A model generated the notes under the pieces. The model was given only the letters and a program-made list of their open reading frames with translations. It was not told the origin of the DNA and made no database searches. A DNA stretch of 64,000 nucleotides from Octopus bimaculoides (lineage: Eukaryota). Below, one piece after another: positions 12,796 through 27,112 of the stretch. The stretch spans positions 6,861,218-6,925,217 of the forward strand of contig NC_068999.1 in NCBI RefSeq assembly GCF_001194135.2, written 5' to 3'. Each line of letters starts with the position of its first letter. Position 1 is the stretch's first letter. The position numbers and the translations under genes were made by a program.

Positions 12796-14739
12796 CTGCT
12801 ATATTATCTTTTCATTGTATGTCAATCATTATAATTTATCATCAGATTGAAATAGGATGCAGCTATTACAGCATCGAATAATCCAATTATTGTTACGGCT
12901 TATTTTTGTAATTACTTATCCAATCTTATCGGCCCAAACTGCTGAAGTGTGCACTAATGTATTTCATATAACATATTCTATTTCGGCTTCACACATGCAG
13001 ACAAGTACAGGGTGATTTTTTTGTTTGTTGTTGTTGCATGTCGTCATGGCACTCCGTCTGTTACGACGACGAGGGTTCCAGTTGATCCGATCAACGGAGA
13101 AGCCTGCTCGTGAAATTAATCTGCCAGTGGCTGAGCACTCCACAGACACATGTACCCTTAATGTAGTTCTTGGGGATATTCAGCGTGACACAGAGTGTGA
13201 CAAAGCTGGCCCCTTTGAAATACAGGTACAACAGAGACAGGCTCCTTTCAGTTTCCATGTACCAAATCCACTCACGAGGCTTTGGTTAGCCTGAGGCTTT
13301 ATCAGAAGACACTCGCCCAAGGTGCCACACAATGGGACTGAACCCAGAACCATGTGGTTGGGAAGCAAGCTTCTTACCACACAGCCATATCAGCGCCTAA
13401 TAAAACACATGATGGGCCTCTTTCATCCCCATCCACCATATGCGCTCATCAAGCTTTGGTGATAAATGCAGAATATCTATATATAGAATCATTATAATTA
13501 CAAAAGACACTTCATTTGCTCCAAAATTCTTTATACCTACCGTAATGGGTGGGTGTGGGGAGGGTACAGAAATATTTTCCCATCAATATAACAAGATTCT
13601 CTCCATTGTGTTATGTTAAGGAAAGTAATATTATCTTCATTACTTCACGGTTAGCTGAATATCAGATCTAATTCTTCAGATTGAAACCATTACTACATAC
13701 GGCAAACAGTGCAGGAGTGTCTATGTGGTAACTCGACCTGCTAGGAATAGCAACCAAATCTCCCTGATATTACATCCTACTGTTAAAAAAAAAAAAAAAA
13801 AAAGGAAGGAAGGACACATTGGATAAATCATCATCATCATCATCATTTAACACCTGTTATCCATACTGGCATGGGCTTTGACGGTTTGGACGGTTTCTAC
13901 AGCTGGATGCCCTTCCTAATGCCAACTACTTTATAGAGTGTACTGGGTGATTTTTTTTTCATGGTACCAAGTACTCAAAAGACAAGACCACACAACGTGT
14001 GCATGTTACTGTCTCCTCATCCTGACATTGTATGATAGTTATCGTGGCACTCCGGCGGTTATGATGACGAGGGTTCCAGTTGATCCGATCAACGGAACAG
14101 CCTGCTCGTGAAATTAACGTGCAAGTGGCTGAGCACTCCACAGACACGTGTACCCTTAACGTAGTTCTCGGGGGGATATTCAGCGTGACACAGTGTGACA
14201 AGGCTGACCCCTTTGAATTACAGGAATCGAAACCGCAATCCTATGACCACGAGTCTGCTGCCCTAACCACTGGGCCATTGCGCCTCCACACTCAATCAGG
14301 GCTAACCTGGAGTTAAACAACAGCAACACCACCAATGACATTGAAAAATTTAAAGTATATAAGAACATTCGGTGGAAAACAGGTTGACATCCTCTGTGAC
14401 TTGCAGTCCTTTCCTAATCAGCTTAAAGAAAATACTTGAATCAATCAAATGTTATTTTTTTTTCCTTCTTTTTAATCCTTACTCAATCGCTAATGACTCA
14501 ACGAGATAGCTGACACGTCTGACTTGCAATGACTTCACTGTACTCAAGTATAAAAATAGATGGTTTTTACTTTTACCCCGTAAGGCCGAAATATTGAAGG
14601 ACCTGGAGGAATAGGTGAATTAACAGATGGGGATGAAATATGGTATGAGGGGCTACAGAGAAGTTCTTGGCTTTAAGAGTATCGTGAAAGGCCTGGTTTG
14701 GAAGCCCAACCTTCTGTGTTCTTTTCAGGTTAAAAACAA

Positions 14740-14779
<40 letters not shown>

Positions 14780-15070
14780 GCCCGGATGCAATACCAGGCA
14801 GTGGCTCTCTGGCTTTCGATCTTAACTGATTGGAAGTATTATCATGTACATGTTTTATCTTGGTATAAAAGATGGGCTACAGCAAATATTCTGCTCAATA
14901 CCACAGATTTGCTTGTCAGTCGCTTAACCATAACTCAATTCTATAGCTGAGTGAACTGGAGTAATGTGAAATAAAAGTGTCTTGCTCAAGAACACAACAC
15001 ACAGTCTGGTACGGGAATCAAACTCACAACCACATGGTTGTAAGCCTGATGCATTAACCACTTCACCTTC
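14780..15070 (-). mobile_element. tRNA-derived SINE (family E); related copies at ~7640-7900(+), 29215-29435(-), 29455-29580(-)
   Basis: Head with GAGTTTGATTCC B-box-like site and GTGTTCTTGAGCAAGACACTT core-like block. Confidence 0.7.
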
Positions 15071-15348
15071 ACACAGATACATACATACATTACACAATGG
15101 GCTATATATATATATATATATATAAAACAAATAATAAATGAGTATATGCATATATACGAACAAGTATGTGCATACATACATCTACTTGTATATATAAGTG
15201 CATATCTGGGTACAGGACATTGCAAACAAAACGTAGACAAAAAAATAATAATAATAACCAGAGTACAGAAAACACACAGGCCACATAGAGAACATTTTCC
15301 TTCATCAGCTGCCCCCATTCTAACACAGGCGTTTCGAAGAGTAGGGCA

Positions 15349-15393
<45 letters not shown>

Positions 15394-16039
15394 TACATGA
15401 TGGGCACCCACTCACTTTCCGTCTATCTGATCTACTCGCAAAGCTTTCAGTGGCTCAGGGCTATAGCAGAAGACAACTTTCTTAAAGTGCTACACAGTGG
15501 GGCTGAACCCAAGACTACATGGTCAGGAAGCAAGCTCGTTAAGCACACAACCACATCTGCTCTGATTTCACATGTTCATTCATGATGTTCGCAAGCGACA
15601 CTTCGAAACTTGGAATCTCGCTTGATTATTTCCCCCACATTCCATTGAACAAAACTAACAGTCAGTCTTTTACACAAAAGATCTGCAATATTATTACCAA
15701 ATTCAATTTGCTAATATTTGTCAAATATCTTGCAGGGTTTCCTATTTTATTTAATTTTATTTTATTATCACACCTAGATGTATGTTATAAGATGAAAATT
15801 CTCTATTCTGATGCGCATTATAACAATTAACAGATGAAGAATATTAGAGAATGCATTTATATTGTCATGTACCCTGGGGGGAAAAAGCTTTGTTCAAGTG
15901 ACAGCAAAAATTTTCTGGAACGTTAAGAATGAAATTATCTTCTAATCCCTTCATTACTTGCAGAATTCATAAAACTAATTATCAATAATAATTTTATACA
16001 TTTTTTTTTTCCTTCTTCAAGTTTTATGCACATGTGTGT

Positions 16040-16077
<38 letters not shown>

Positions 16078-16317
16078 TGGGGAAATGTTAGGATATACTG
16101 TATGTAATCGACACAATAGAATGCCAGGCTGAACTGGATTGATGGGATGAATATAGCTTAGAACCTCAAGGGCTCTGAATTCAAATCCTATCCTAATTAG
16201 GTGGATTTTGCTGTTTATTGCTCCACAGTTCATAATATGAGGACCAAAAGTACACCGGATTCAAATGGACATCAATACTTCTTTATATGGCATAATTATG
16301 TCTCTATCCATGCTTAT

Positions 16318-16540
16318 ACTCATCATCATCGTTTAACGTCCGCTTTCCATGCTAGCATGGGTTGGACGATTTGACTGAGGATTGGTGAACCAGATGGCTA
16401 CACCAGGCTTCAATCTGATTTGGCAGAGTTTCTACAGCTGGATGCCCTCCCTAACGCCAACCACTCCGAGAGTGTAGTGGGTGCTTTTACATGCCACCGG
16501 CATGAAGGCCAGTCAGGCGGTACTGGCAATGGCCATGCTC
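16318..16540 (-). mobile_element. Family A retroposon 3' end ((GAT)n tail), downstream of exon 2 in gene orientation
   Basis: AAGGGCATCCAGCTGTAGAAACTCTGCC...GCGGACGTTAAACGATGATG block in reverse complement. Confidence 0.85.
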
Positions 16541-16903
16541 CACAAGGCTTTGGTCTGCCCAAGACTATAGTAGAAGACACTTGCCCAATGTGCCATACAG
16601 TGGGACTAAACCCAGAATCATGTGGTTGGGAAGCAAGCTTCTTACCACACAACCATGCCTGCACCTATACATATTTTTTATTCTTTTACTTGTTTCAGTC
16701 ATTTGACTGCGGCCATGCTGGAGCACCACCTTACACACACACACATATATATATATTTTTTTTTTTTTCTGTAAAGTTTGTTTCACAACTTGGGTTTCAT
16801 GGCATTGCAATCTTCAAGCAAAAATTCATATAAAGGTATATATGTGCTTAAATCATAAAAAGACTATAATTCTTGAAAAAGATTTGTTTTTTAAACTACT
16901 TAC

Positions 16904-17045
16904 CAGGCCTTGATATTTGAATGAATCATACACACTCCTTAACAATAACCAAAATGGCCACAGATATTCAAATCGAAATTCCAACATGAAGTCAGCCATT
17001 ACAACTATAGCCCAAACCATAAAAAACTTCAGGTAGAGGAATGTA
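16904..17045 (-). CDS. MACO1: Macoilin coding exon 2 (142 nt): (S)TFLYLKFFMVWAIVVMADFMLEFRFEYLWPFWLLLRSVYDSFKYQGL
   Basis: Polypyrimidine tract plus TTTCAG acceptor and GTAAGT donor; phase 2 in, phase 0 out. Near-identical to the recalled macoilin membrane region (EFRFEYLWPFWL, RSVYDSF.YQGL). Not in the ORF track. Confidence 0.97.
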
Positions 17046-17392
17046 CTGAAATAGAAAAGGAGAAAAAAAAAAAATTTTAATTTTTAAAATATAACAAATA
17101 GTATAAATCACAAATCTAAAAATCTCTCTGATTAAAAGAAAAGAATAAAACAATTATACAAAACACATAAATATTGATATTTATAAATATGGGAGATATC
17201 AAAAGATGTGTGTGAGAGTGTGCATGTATGTATGTATGTATATATATGTATATATNNNNNNNNNNNNNNNNNNNNNNNNNNNNNNNNNNNNNNNNNNNNN
17301 NNNNNNNNNNNNNNNNNNNNNNNNNNNNNNNNNNNNNNNNNNNNNNNNNNNNATATATATATATATATATATATATATAATTGTGATTGTTA

Positions 17393-17675
17393 CCAGTGTC
17401 GCCAGTGCCACTGGACTGGCCCCTGTGCAGGTGGCACATAAAAAACACCATTTGAGCGTGGCTGTTGCCACTACCGCCTGACTGGCCCCTCATGCCGGTG
17501 GTACGTAAAAGCACCCACTACACTCTTGGAGTGGTTGGCGTTAGGGAGGGCATCCAGCTGTAGAAACTCTGCCAGATCAGATTGGAGCCTGGTGCAGCCA
17601 TCTGGCTGACCAGTGGTCAGTCAAATCGTCCAACCCATGCCAGCATGGAAAGCGGACGTTAAACGATGATGACGA
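17393..17675 (+). mobile_element. Family A retroposon copy, upstream of exon 2 in gene orientation
   Basis: Same block on the plus strand with internal subrepeats. Confidence 0.85.
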
Positions 17676-18394
17676 TGTACCTGTATAAGTAGAAATCTCA
17701 CTAGCCACCTCATTATTACTGTTTATAACGGTAATAATACTTCATATATATCAATAAATTCTGTATGTTCCATGCAAGCATAGAAAAATGAATGTTAAGC
17801 AATGATGATGATGATGATGGTGATATCCATGTGAATAGATGATAGGGTGTGATTTGAGGATTTAGTTGTTCGTTCTAGCATTCTTGGCAACCACATAGAA
17901 GCTCCTTCAGACAGTATCATAGCTGTTTTACTTTATAGTAAATCTTCTTGAAATGAAGAATACTTTTACTTTCCTTATGGTGCCACCACAAAAGCATGGA
18001 ATAAATATTTCTTGCACACAAGCATGAAGAAATATCACAATGGTAATGGAAGCACAATGAACGGTGCATTAGCAGTTATGGAAGCAAAGGTTATTATGCC
18101 AAGAATCTCCAACCAGGAATTAAAGCAGGATTATACGGTCACTTCATAAAGAACTTAGTGTCACACAACGTCGAGAAAGCTTTTGACAGAAGTACATTAC
18201 TTCATAATAAAATGCAGAAAAATCAATTGTCAAAGACATAATTTCAGAAAGTTAGGAACACGAAATTTACAGAGAAATAATAACCACTGTGGTTTTCGCC
18301 ATTTCTTAAAAAGATAAACAAAAAAATAAATAAATAAATAAATAAAAAAAAAAGATATCAAATCCAATATGGAGAGCATATATCATCATTATCA

Positions 18395-18660
18395 CCGTTA
18401 TCATTTTAATGTCTAATGCCCACTTTTCTTTGCTTGCATGGATGAGATGGAATTCGTTGATGCACATTTTCCATGGGTGGGTGGGTGCCCTTCCTGTTGC
18501 CAACCTCACCTGTCCCCAAGTAAGGTACTATTTCCCAATGACCAGAGATATGTTTACACAGAATATTGAAAGTGAACAGCACTTCTTGTTTGGTGATGAC
18601 ACTCACAACTAGAATACAATGTCAAGATGGGAGACGAATAAACACAACCACACACACATA
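18395..18660 (-). mobile_element. Family G retroposon sharing the family A-type tail; copies at ~7080-7270(+), 11340-11460(-), 21710-21860(-), 23515-23730(-), 31440-31560(+), 35570-35735(+)
   Basis: TTACCTTACTTGGAAACAGGTGAGGGTTGG..AAGGGCA/ATCC..CCATGCAAGCATGGAAAA block. Confidence 0.7.
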
Positions 18661-20984
18661 CATACAGACACACACACGACAGATTTCTTTCAGTTTCTCT
18701 TCACCAAATCCACACGTCTACATATCATCATCATCATCATCATCTAACATCTGTTTCCTGTTTCCTGGATTGGATAGTTTGACAGGAGCTGGCAAACCAG
18801 AAGACTACACCAAGCTCTACTGTCCACTTTAGTATGGTTTCTACGGCTTGATGCCCTTACCAGCGCCAACCACTTTCTGTATATGGCACCGGCACCGGTA
18901 AGATCACCAAGTAGTAACTTGCGAGACAAAGCTCCCTCAACTAAGAAGGGGACTAGTATTGAGGGTGCTGGCTTAATGTCAGTTAAAGAGAGGTTAAAGT
19001 ATGATAGAGGGATAAAAACAGGAGTCTTGTTGTGGAAGAGATACATGCCTACATACATCTATATTTATATACATACACACACACACATACACACAAAATT
19101 TTCTTTAAAACAAGAAATGAAATCCCCACCCCATTAATAATGGAAGCTGGTGTAGAAGGAGGAAATGCAAGCAGATCCATCATTCAACGGTCTTTGAGAT
19201 AAAAGAAAAAAAATAATAAAAATAAGGCTTTTGTTTGCTAGGTTTGTTCTAAACATGTCATGAACCCACCCCACCATCCGAACACCACCATTCTCCCGCT
19301 GCCACCGCCGCCATCACCTATTGCATCAGAGAAACACTTGTAATGGATATTAAGGCCTTTGTTGTTTGACAAGATGAAATTTGAGTTAATCTATCGGTGG
19401 GGTTTCTTCCTTGAATATCATATCATCCCAGACATTAAAAACAGAAGGGGATAAGCAGATGAAGATGGCGGAGGTGGTGGTGATGATGGCGGTGTTAGTG
19501 GGGGGAGAACAGTTTCCCTTGAAAATGATTGTTTAGACAATTTACTTTTGACATCTGTTGAAGGAAAGAAGCTTTTGTTTATACTGGTGCTTGACACTAT
19601 CTTTGCCATATTCCCTTAGGAAAACTAGCATTGCATCATAGAATTCATTTTCAAGAAATATTATTAACATCAACAATTCTTCAAATCCTCACAAATTCTT
19701 CACGCTTTACAAAATTCAAGAAATGAGTAATCAAGAAATGTTTTCTTAACAATTAAAAAAAAACATACATACATATATATATATGTGTGTGTGCGTAAAT
19801 AAAATTTTAAAAATCCTATTAATTTTAAAGCGAAAGGCGTTTTTAAATGTTTTGCAAAAATAATTCTTTGTATTGGCTTAGAATAAGAATGGTAATAATT
19901 GATGTGAAATAATTACTTAAAAAAAGCAGCAAGCAGATATGAAATGCTTAAAGAGGGAAGATACAATAAAACAGTAATTTATAAAATGCATCCATAATAT
20001 TGCTTGTTTCACAATAATATCTAACAGGAAAGATGAATTTTTAATTAATCATAATGATTTTTAATACACATAATTATCACCAGCATCATTCACAGAATTT
20101 ACAAATATTTTCCTATCAAAAGCATGTGCTGGCCAAGTATGTTGAATATTTTACCTTCTGTTTCAACCTGGCTACTCTTATTTGTAGACCCCCTAAAATC
20201 CTCAGTTGAATTTACTTGACGCCTCTCTGGGCTATTCTCTACCTCATAACACTATCTCACCCAACAAAAAGCCTTAACACAAGTGATTTTCAACATGGGT
20301 CCATGTGACTCCTAGCAGGGTGGGCACTGTATAAGATTTTTGGGGTCCACACAAGCAAAATAGTAAATAGGGAGTCCACTGTAGTAGTTTAAGGGTTCAT
20401 GAAGAAACTTCGCTTTAGTTGTAGTTATTGCAAAGAAGCAACTCAGTTTCTTTCCCTAATGTTTTATACAGGTTCCCAGATACTGAAACACATGTGTTCC
20501 CTCAGAAAGAGTTATTGCATACCTACACAAGTGAAAAACCAATCCCAATACTTGACAGATATTTATTTTATTGACTCCCTGAAAGATGAAACCCAAAGTT
20601 GACCCTGGCAAGATTTAAAATTCAGAATGCCAAGAAACGTAACTGAATGCAACGAAGTATTCTGTCCAGTGTTTCGCTCATTCTGCTTTGCACTGCAATA
20701 AAAATTTTCTTAAGTGGAATAAAGACGGTTGGAAAGGCACTTAATTGAACTTCAAAAGGCTTTGTGGGAATAGAACACTAATTGATTAGTATCACAAACT
20801 ATATTAAACAGGCAAGGTTGAATACGCTCAACTGGGAAAACTATAATGGACTGACTCTAATTGGCTACAATAGGAAAATAGTCAATTAATGGAGAAATCA
20901 TGCAAAGACAATAATAGAGTTACAATTAAGCCGTGTAAGAGACAGATCTAAACATGACATTTGATAATAACGGTAACAACAATA

Positions 20985-21505
20985 ATGATAATTCTAATTC
21001 TGGCACAAAACCAGCAATTTTTGAGCGGAAGGCTAAGTCAATTATATTGACTCCAGTGCATAACTGGTACTCGTTTTCTCAACCTTGGAAAGAACAAAAG
21101 GCAAAAAAGAAGAAAAAAAAAAATCAACCTCGGTGGCATTTGAAATCAGAACGTAAACAGCTGAAAGAAATTCCATGAAGCATTTTTTTGACACTCTAAT
21201 GATTCTGCCAGTTTACTACGTTTCTAATAATAATAATAATAATAATAATAATGATGATGATGATGATGATGATGGTGATGGTGATGATGATGATCTTTCG
21301 TACTAAAAGCACAAAACCTGAACTTTTGAGGGAGGGGACTAGTCAATTACATTGACCCCAGTGTTTCACTGGTACTTAATTTATCGACCCCAAAAGGATG
21401 AAAGGCAAAGTTGACCTTGGTGGAATTTGAACTCGGAATGTAAAGATGGACAAAATGCCTCTAAGCATTTTGCCCAGGACAGTAACAATTCTGCCAGTAC
21501 ACCAT
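20985..21505 (-). mobile_element. Two tandem family C SINEs; further copies at ~20590-20690(-), 22915-23140(+), 27670-27765(+), 34335-34545(+), 36865-37050(+)
   Basis: Same diagnostic blocks as the other family C copies. Confidence 0.78.
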
Positions 21506-21506
21506 C

Positions 21507-21551
<45 letters not shown>

Positions 21552-23147
21552 TCAAATTTTGGCACGAGGCCAACAAGTTCAGGGGAATTTGTTAGTCTTG
21601 ACTGTTGAATTGAAAGTCAATTTGGAAACTTAAAATAATTATGCATCGACTTGCATGAACAGATAGGTCCCTTGTTGTTTACTGCTCATTGAATTAAAAT
21701 GAGGCAGATTTTTATGGCTGGGTGTCCTCCCTGTCACTAACCCTCACCTGTTTCCAAGTAAGGTAATATTTTTCTGTGGCCAGACATGTTTTCATGGAAG
21801 ACTGAAGATAGCCACTGCTTGTATGATGGTGACACTCATTTACAACAATCATGCAATATGGAGACAAAGTTGGCCCAGAGCTATGGTAGAAGACACTTGC
21901 CCAAGGTGTCATGCAAAACCACACAGTTGGGAAGCAAACTTCTAAATCACTGGTACACACAAAATTATTTTCATAAATTCTTTTATTTTCAGAATTAATT
22001 AAAAGAAAAGCAATATATTTCAACAGAAATATGACAAGGAAAGGGTTAATAAAGACAAAGTTATTTTACCAAATTAATTGAAACAAATGCAATCTAGTTC
22101 AAGAGAAATATGGTAAGAAAAGGGGTTAAGTAGTTCACTTGGAGCAAGGATGTGGATCAAACAAGCAATTAGTGCATTCCAATGAAATCAATCAATATTT
22201 ATCTCATACAAGTGAAATAAATATTGACCTGATTTAATGAACAGGGGTCAAATAAATCGTCTTTAAAGAAAAACAAAGTGTCTTTTCAAAGATGTTTTTG
22301 GGGGGGAGGGGGAATAAACTTTCTTCTGCCTCCTCTCTTCATTTAAACTGATTCTTAAATTTCAAATCCAGCCAGTCATATATATTTATAAGTAATTGTG
22401 TTAGTACCTCCAACTAATAGTATGTCATCATTAAATATAATTACTTTCTTTAGCCGGCTGGCTTTAGAGCATTCGTTTCTCTTCAACAAATAGTGCAATG
22501 CTTTTCTTCAACATTTTTAACGATTTTATTTCTTTCTTTTACAAAAACTAATTGTGCCCACGGCAAAATTACTTGTCTTATAAGAAGCTTCTATAAATTT
22601 TTAAATTTCATTACCTCATTAGATAGAAATAATTATACCCGACTAAGACAATAAGAGGACAGTGGAATTGGCACAGCCTGGGTACTTTTGGTGACCCACC
22701 GTTCTCAATTTCAATGGCACCATGACCAGCTTAGCATTGGTAACTAAGCACCGGTATTACACTGGAGTAAATTAAATTGATTACACAATTTTTACCCCAA
22801 AATTGGACTAAAAGGATAATTAAAAATATTTTAAATATTTATTATAATCTTTCTTGCATCCAAATGGAAACAAAGAAAAACAATCATATAATAGAGCAGC
22901 CTTTGACCTTTTAAGATGGTGAGCTGCCCAAATTATTAGCATGTTGGACAAATTGCTTTGCAGCATTTCTCCTAGCTTTATGTTCTGAGTTCAAATTTTG
23001 CAGAGGTCAACTTTGCCTTTCATCTTTTCTGGGGTTCATAAAATAAGCACCAGTCGAGCACTAGGGTTGACACAATCGACAAGTCTCCACCCTACCTCCA
23101 TCATAATTTCAGGCCCTGTGCCTGCAGTAGAACAGAAAAAGAAAAGG

Positions 23148-23183
<36 letters not shown>

Positions 23184-25933
23184 TAAAAATGGGTAGCCTT
23201 TGTCAGCCTTGCTTCGCTTGAGAGAAAACTACAAGTTTAGCACAAATGATAAGCACGACCCCAATATCATCTGGGATTACATTGCTGACAGTCAAGTAAT
23301 GTTTAGTGGATAGGTAACAGAGTGCTAGTGAAGGTTTGCTCTATTTAGTTTGATGTATATCATCTTTTTGGTGATGATTACAGCAGAGTGGTGGGTGGTA
23401 AACTGGATTTGGTGAGTATGTAGTGAACCCAATTGTTTGAAATTCAATATATATATGTTTGGTAACCAAGTACAGAATTTGAATTTATCGTCATTATCAG
23501 GACCATCACCACCACCGTTTTAACATCCAATTTCCCATGCTTGCATGGGTCAGACAGAATTCGCCAAGGTGGATTTTCTATGGCTGGATGACCCATCTTA
23601 TGCCAATCCTCATCTGTTTTGATGCCAGGTAATATTTCCCCCAAAGCTGAACATGTTTTCATAGACGACTGGAAACGAGCTATTCTGTAAGATTTATAAC
23701 TATTCAATGATGTCAAGACAAGAAGATACAAACACACACACACACATATATATTCATATACACACATACACAAACGTATAGACTCTCACAAACACACATG
23801 AATGATGGGCTTCTTTTGGTTTCCATCTACCACATCCAATCACAAGGCTTTGATCAGCCTAGGGCTATAGTGAAAGACAAAATGTTATGTAGTGGGACAG
23901 AAAAAAACCCATATGGTCAGGAACTTAGCACAACCATGCTTGCATCTACAGGAAGTTGTAAAAGAAAAAAAAATGATGTTGGCGCTACTTTTATGTGTAT
24001 GAATTGTTTATGTTTATTTATAGCAGATAAAAAAAACATAAATTGTTCTTGTTAAGAATTTCCAGAAAGAAGTCTGAAAGTAAATATTTTAAAACTGTTT
24101 CATTGAATATGGAGAACATTATTTTGGAAAGTTTCTAAATTTGTTTTGGTTTGCAGTAGAAAAATTAAGAATCCAAATAACAATGGAATAAATATATAAC
24201 AGACCCAGTTACTATTTGTAAAATAATGCCATCTTCCCTTAGTCTTAATTTAGTATTTAAGTAAGCACTTAGAATGTGTTTGGTATCTTAACTATTTTGT
24301 TACCATATTTCTGTTAAAAAAAAACACTACCATTATTTCAATTAATCTTTAAAATGATGATGAGTTTAGTAAAATAACTTTGTTGTTATTAAGATGGTGT
24401 TTGAAACATAAATTAAAATGAAATTTTGATGGAAGGTTTTAATTTCGATTGCTTTGTCCCTTTGGCATTTAAATTATACTGTCAAATGTAACGTTAATTT
24501 ATTCATGTTTTGAATTAGTTGGGCTCAAGAGGGTTATAAACACTGTTTGTAGCTTTGTTAACTTTTTACAGGCAGACTTGAAATTTTGTCAGCTTGTGTA
24601 TGAAATACTAATGGTTTTAGTGTGACCTGATCCAGCCTCTCATGCATATCCTACAATGTCATTCTAAAAATATACAAACACACCACTGAAATCTTGAAGC
24701 TGCAAAAATAATGTGTGATTAATTCAAAGCAATATGAATAAATAAGCAATACATCTGACAAAAAAATCTGAACACTAAAGGTTAAAATGATTGAGGATCA
24801 AATCATGAAATTTGCATCACAGAACCGAGGGCCATTATGTCTCATATGTTGAGTGTATGACAATAAGGAGAGGCCTACAGTATTGACTTCTGTGTATGCA
24901 GAACAGAGATTATTGAGTGGGGTACGTAGAAACAAGTTCTGTGCATCAGCAATGCTTATATGTGTGGTGAGCAAAAGTAAATCTATGCTTGTACAGCTGG
25001 GACTTCAGTTTTTAATACGTTACAACATGATAGTGTGCAGCTGTGTCTGGTGTGACATGAGAAGATGTGATTCTGATGTCACCGGTATAATATAATAACA
25101 TATGTGCATTATGTGGTAGGTGTCGAGGTGTCATGCAATATAAGAGAGAGGAGACAGTTGAGGGACTATTTTTGGACAACTACAAATCTTTGAGTTTCTG
25201 TTAGATGATAGGTGTACAGCTACTGTCTCAAGATATGGTTGACGAGGCCAGCCATGATTTTTTAAAATAATTATTTTGTATTTAGCTTTTCTGTAATTAA
25301 TGAAAATAATTGGATATCAACATTTTACATCCAATATAAATTTTTCTGGTTTGGCTTGCCAAAAATATGACTCTCTGTTTTCCAACATTTGGCAAAGTCT
25401 CTAAGTTTTAACAAATTGATTTCATTAAAAATCTCATTCATGCCTAATAAAATATCGCTAGTGTGTGTGTGTGTGTGTGTGTACATATGTATAGGCACAG
25501 GTATGGTTGTGTGGTTAAGAAGTTTGCTTCCCAACCATGTGGTCTGGGTTCAATCCCTCTGTGAGACACCTTGAAGAAGTGTCTTCTACTATAGCTCTGG
25601 ACTGACCAAAGTGGGTTTGGTAGATGAAAACCCAAATAATAGGGGGTGGTTGGAATAGGCAGGTGGCTTGGACATTTGCTTAAATTCATATAAGCGGGTG
25701 GGTTGGAATAAATGGGGATGGGTGGGAATCAGTAATTGTATAATGTATGTACGAAAATTAGGAAAAAAGCATCTTAAAGTACATAATACGATACAACGAG
25801 GCAAAAGAAATTAACAAGAGGCAAGTGAAATTAGCACATACGTGTGCTTGAAATGTTCACTTTAGTTAAGATATACGTTTGGATAATAAAATAAGACATT
25901 TGTTAATTGGTTATAATATAGTTGTGCATTAGT

Positions 25934-26454
25934 GGAGGTGCAATCGCCCAGTGGTTAGGGCAGCGGACTCGCGGTCATAGGATCGCGGTTTCGATTCCCA
26001 AACCGGGTGTTGTGAGTGTTTATTGAGCGAAAACACCTAAAGTTCCATGAGGCTCCGGCAGGGGATGGTGGCGAACCCTGCTGTACTCTTCCACCACAAC
26101 TTTCTCTCACTCTTACTTCCTGTTTCTGTTGTGCCTGTAATTCAAAGGGTCAGCCTTGTCACACTGTGTCACGCTGAATATCTCCGNNNNNNNNNNAGGG
26201 GATGGTGGCGAACCCTGCTGTACTCTTCCACCACAACTTTCTCTCACTCTTACTTCCTGTTTCTGTTGTGCCTGTAATTCAAAGGGTCAGCCTTGTCACA
26301 CTGTGTCACGCTGAATATCTCCGAGAACTACATTAAGGGTACACGTGTCTGTGGAGTGCTCAGCCACTTGCACGTTAATTTCACGAGCAGGCTGTTCCGT
26401 TGATCGGATCAACTAGAACCCTCGACGTCGTAAGCGACGGAGTGCCAGCAACAC
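25934..26454 (+). mobile_element. Young tRNA-derived SINE (family D) with 15-bp target-site duplication
   Basis: Head GGAGGTGCAATCGCCCAGTGGTTAGGGCAGCGG..GGTTTCGATTCCC, tail ..CGACGGAGTGCCAGCAAC. AGTTGTGCATTAGTG occurs at both 25920-25934 and 26455-26469. Other copies at ~13021-13237(-), 14046-14288(-, internal deletion) and 31838-32078(-). Confidence 0.88.
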
Positions 26455-26877
26455 AGTTGTGCATTAGTGCAAAACACTTGGTTATAATATAGTTACTGCA
26501 ACACTTGGTTATAATATAGTTGTGCATTAGTGTAAAACAGAAACAATGTATACAACTGGTGCAGTTATGCATTTTGTTAGAAGAGTTATTGTTCTCATAC
26601 ACTTGATGTCACTCCAATTGACGTGTTCTTAAGCTTTGTTTTGAGGATATATAAACACATAAATTACAATCTACACCAGTTTATTGTTTCTCCTCCAATA
26701 CTAGCTTTCATGTTGTTCTTTATATTTTAAAACTAACCCAGTCAGAGAAAGTAAATATCAAAGGGATCAGTTTCACACATAAGATATGTGTCTGGATGGG
26801 TATGTATGTATGTATGTATGAGAGAGAGAGAGAGAGGGAGAGAGAGAGGGGGAGAGAGAGAGAAGGAGAGAGAGAGA

Positions 26878-26915
<38 letters not shown>

Positions 26916-27081
26916 AAGGGAGTGTGTGTATGATTGTATGTGTGTATAAGTACATGTACAGACAAATACTTATATATGTGTAATATGTATGTATTCAAGT
27001 CTGTGTATAAATACACACACATTGGAGCATGATGCAGTCCTTGGACCCCTAGGATTCTAGTAAGCCCTTAAATGATGATCG

Positions 27082-27112
<31 letters not shown>

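Larger units (their letters stand above)
6501..16903 (-). other. MACO1: Macoilin intron 2 (10,403 bp)
   Basis: GT-AG boundaries; the phase 0 join gives YQGL|AFSVFF as in homologues. Confidence 0.95.

Noticed and set aside
18110-18240. VEKAFDRS resembling the LINE RT motif D..KAFD
   Set aside because: Isolated short match with no flanking RT motifs.
19150-19620. Pro/Ser-rich ORF 19418..19609 (-) and a short Pro-rich frame on plus
   Set aside because: Explained by decayed (CCA/GGT)n low complexity; no recognisable homology or convincing splice pair.
25934-26005. tRNA-like sequences (also heads of families B, C and E)
   Set aside because: A/B boxes run straight into SINE bodies with no complete cloverleaf; not tRNA genes.
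26060-26322. Apparent ~126-bp internal tandem duplication in the family D SINE
   Set aside because: The two identical copies flank a 10-N gap, the typical signature of an unmerged contig overlap rather than real biology.
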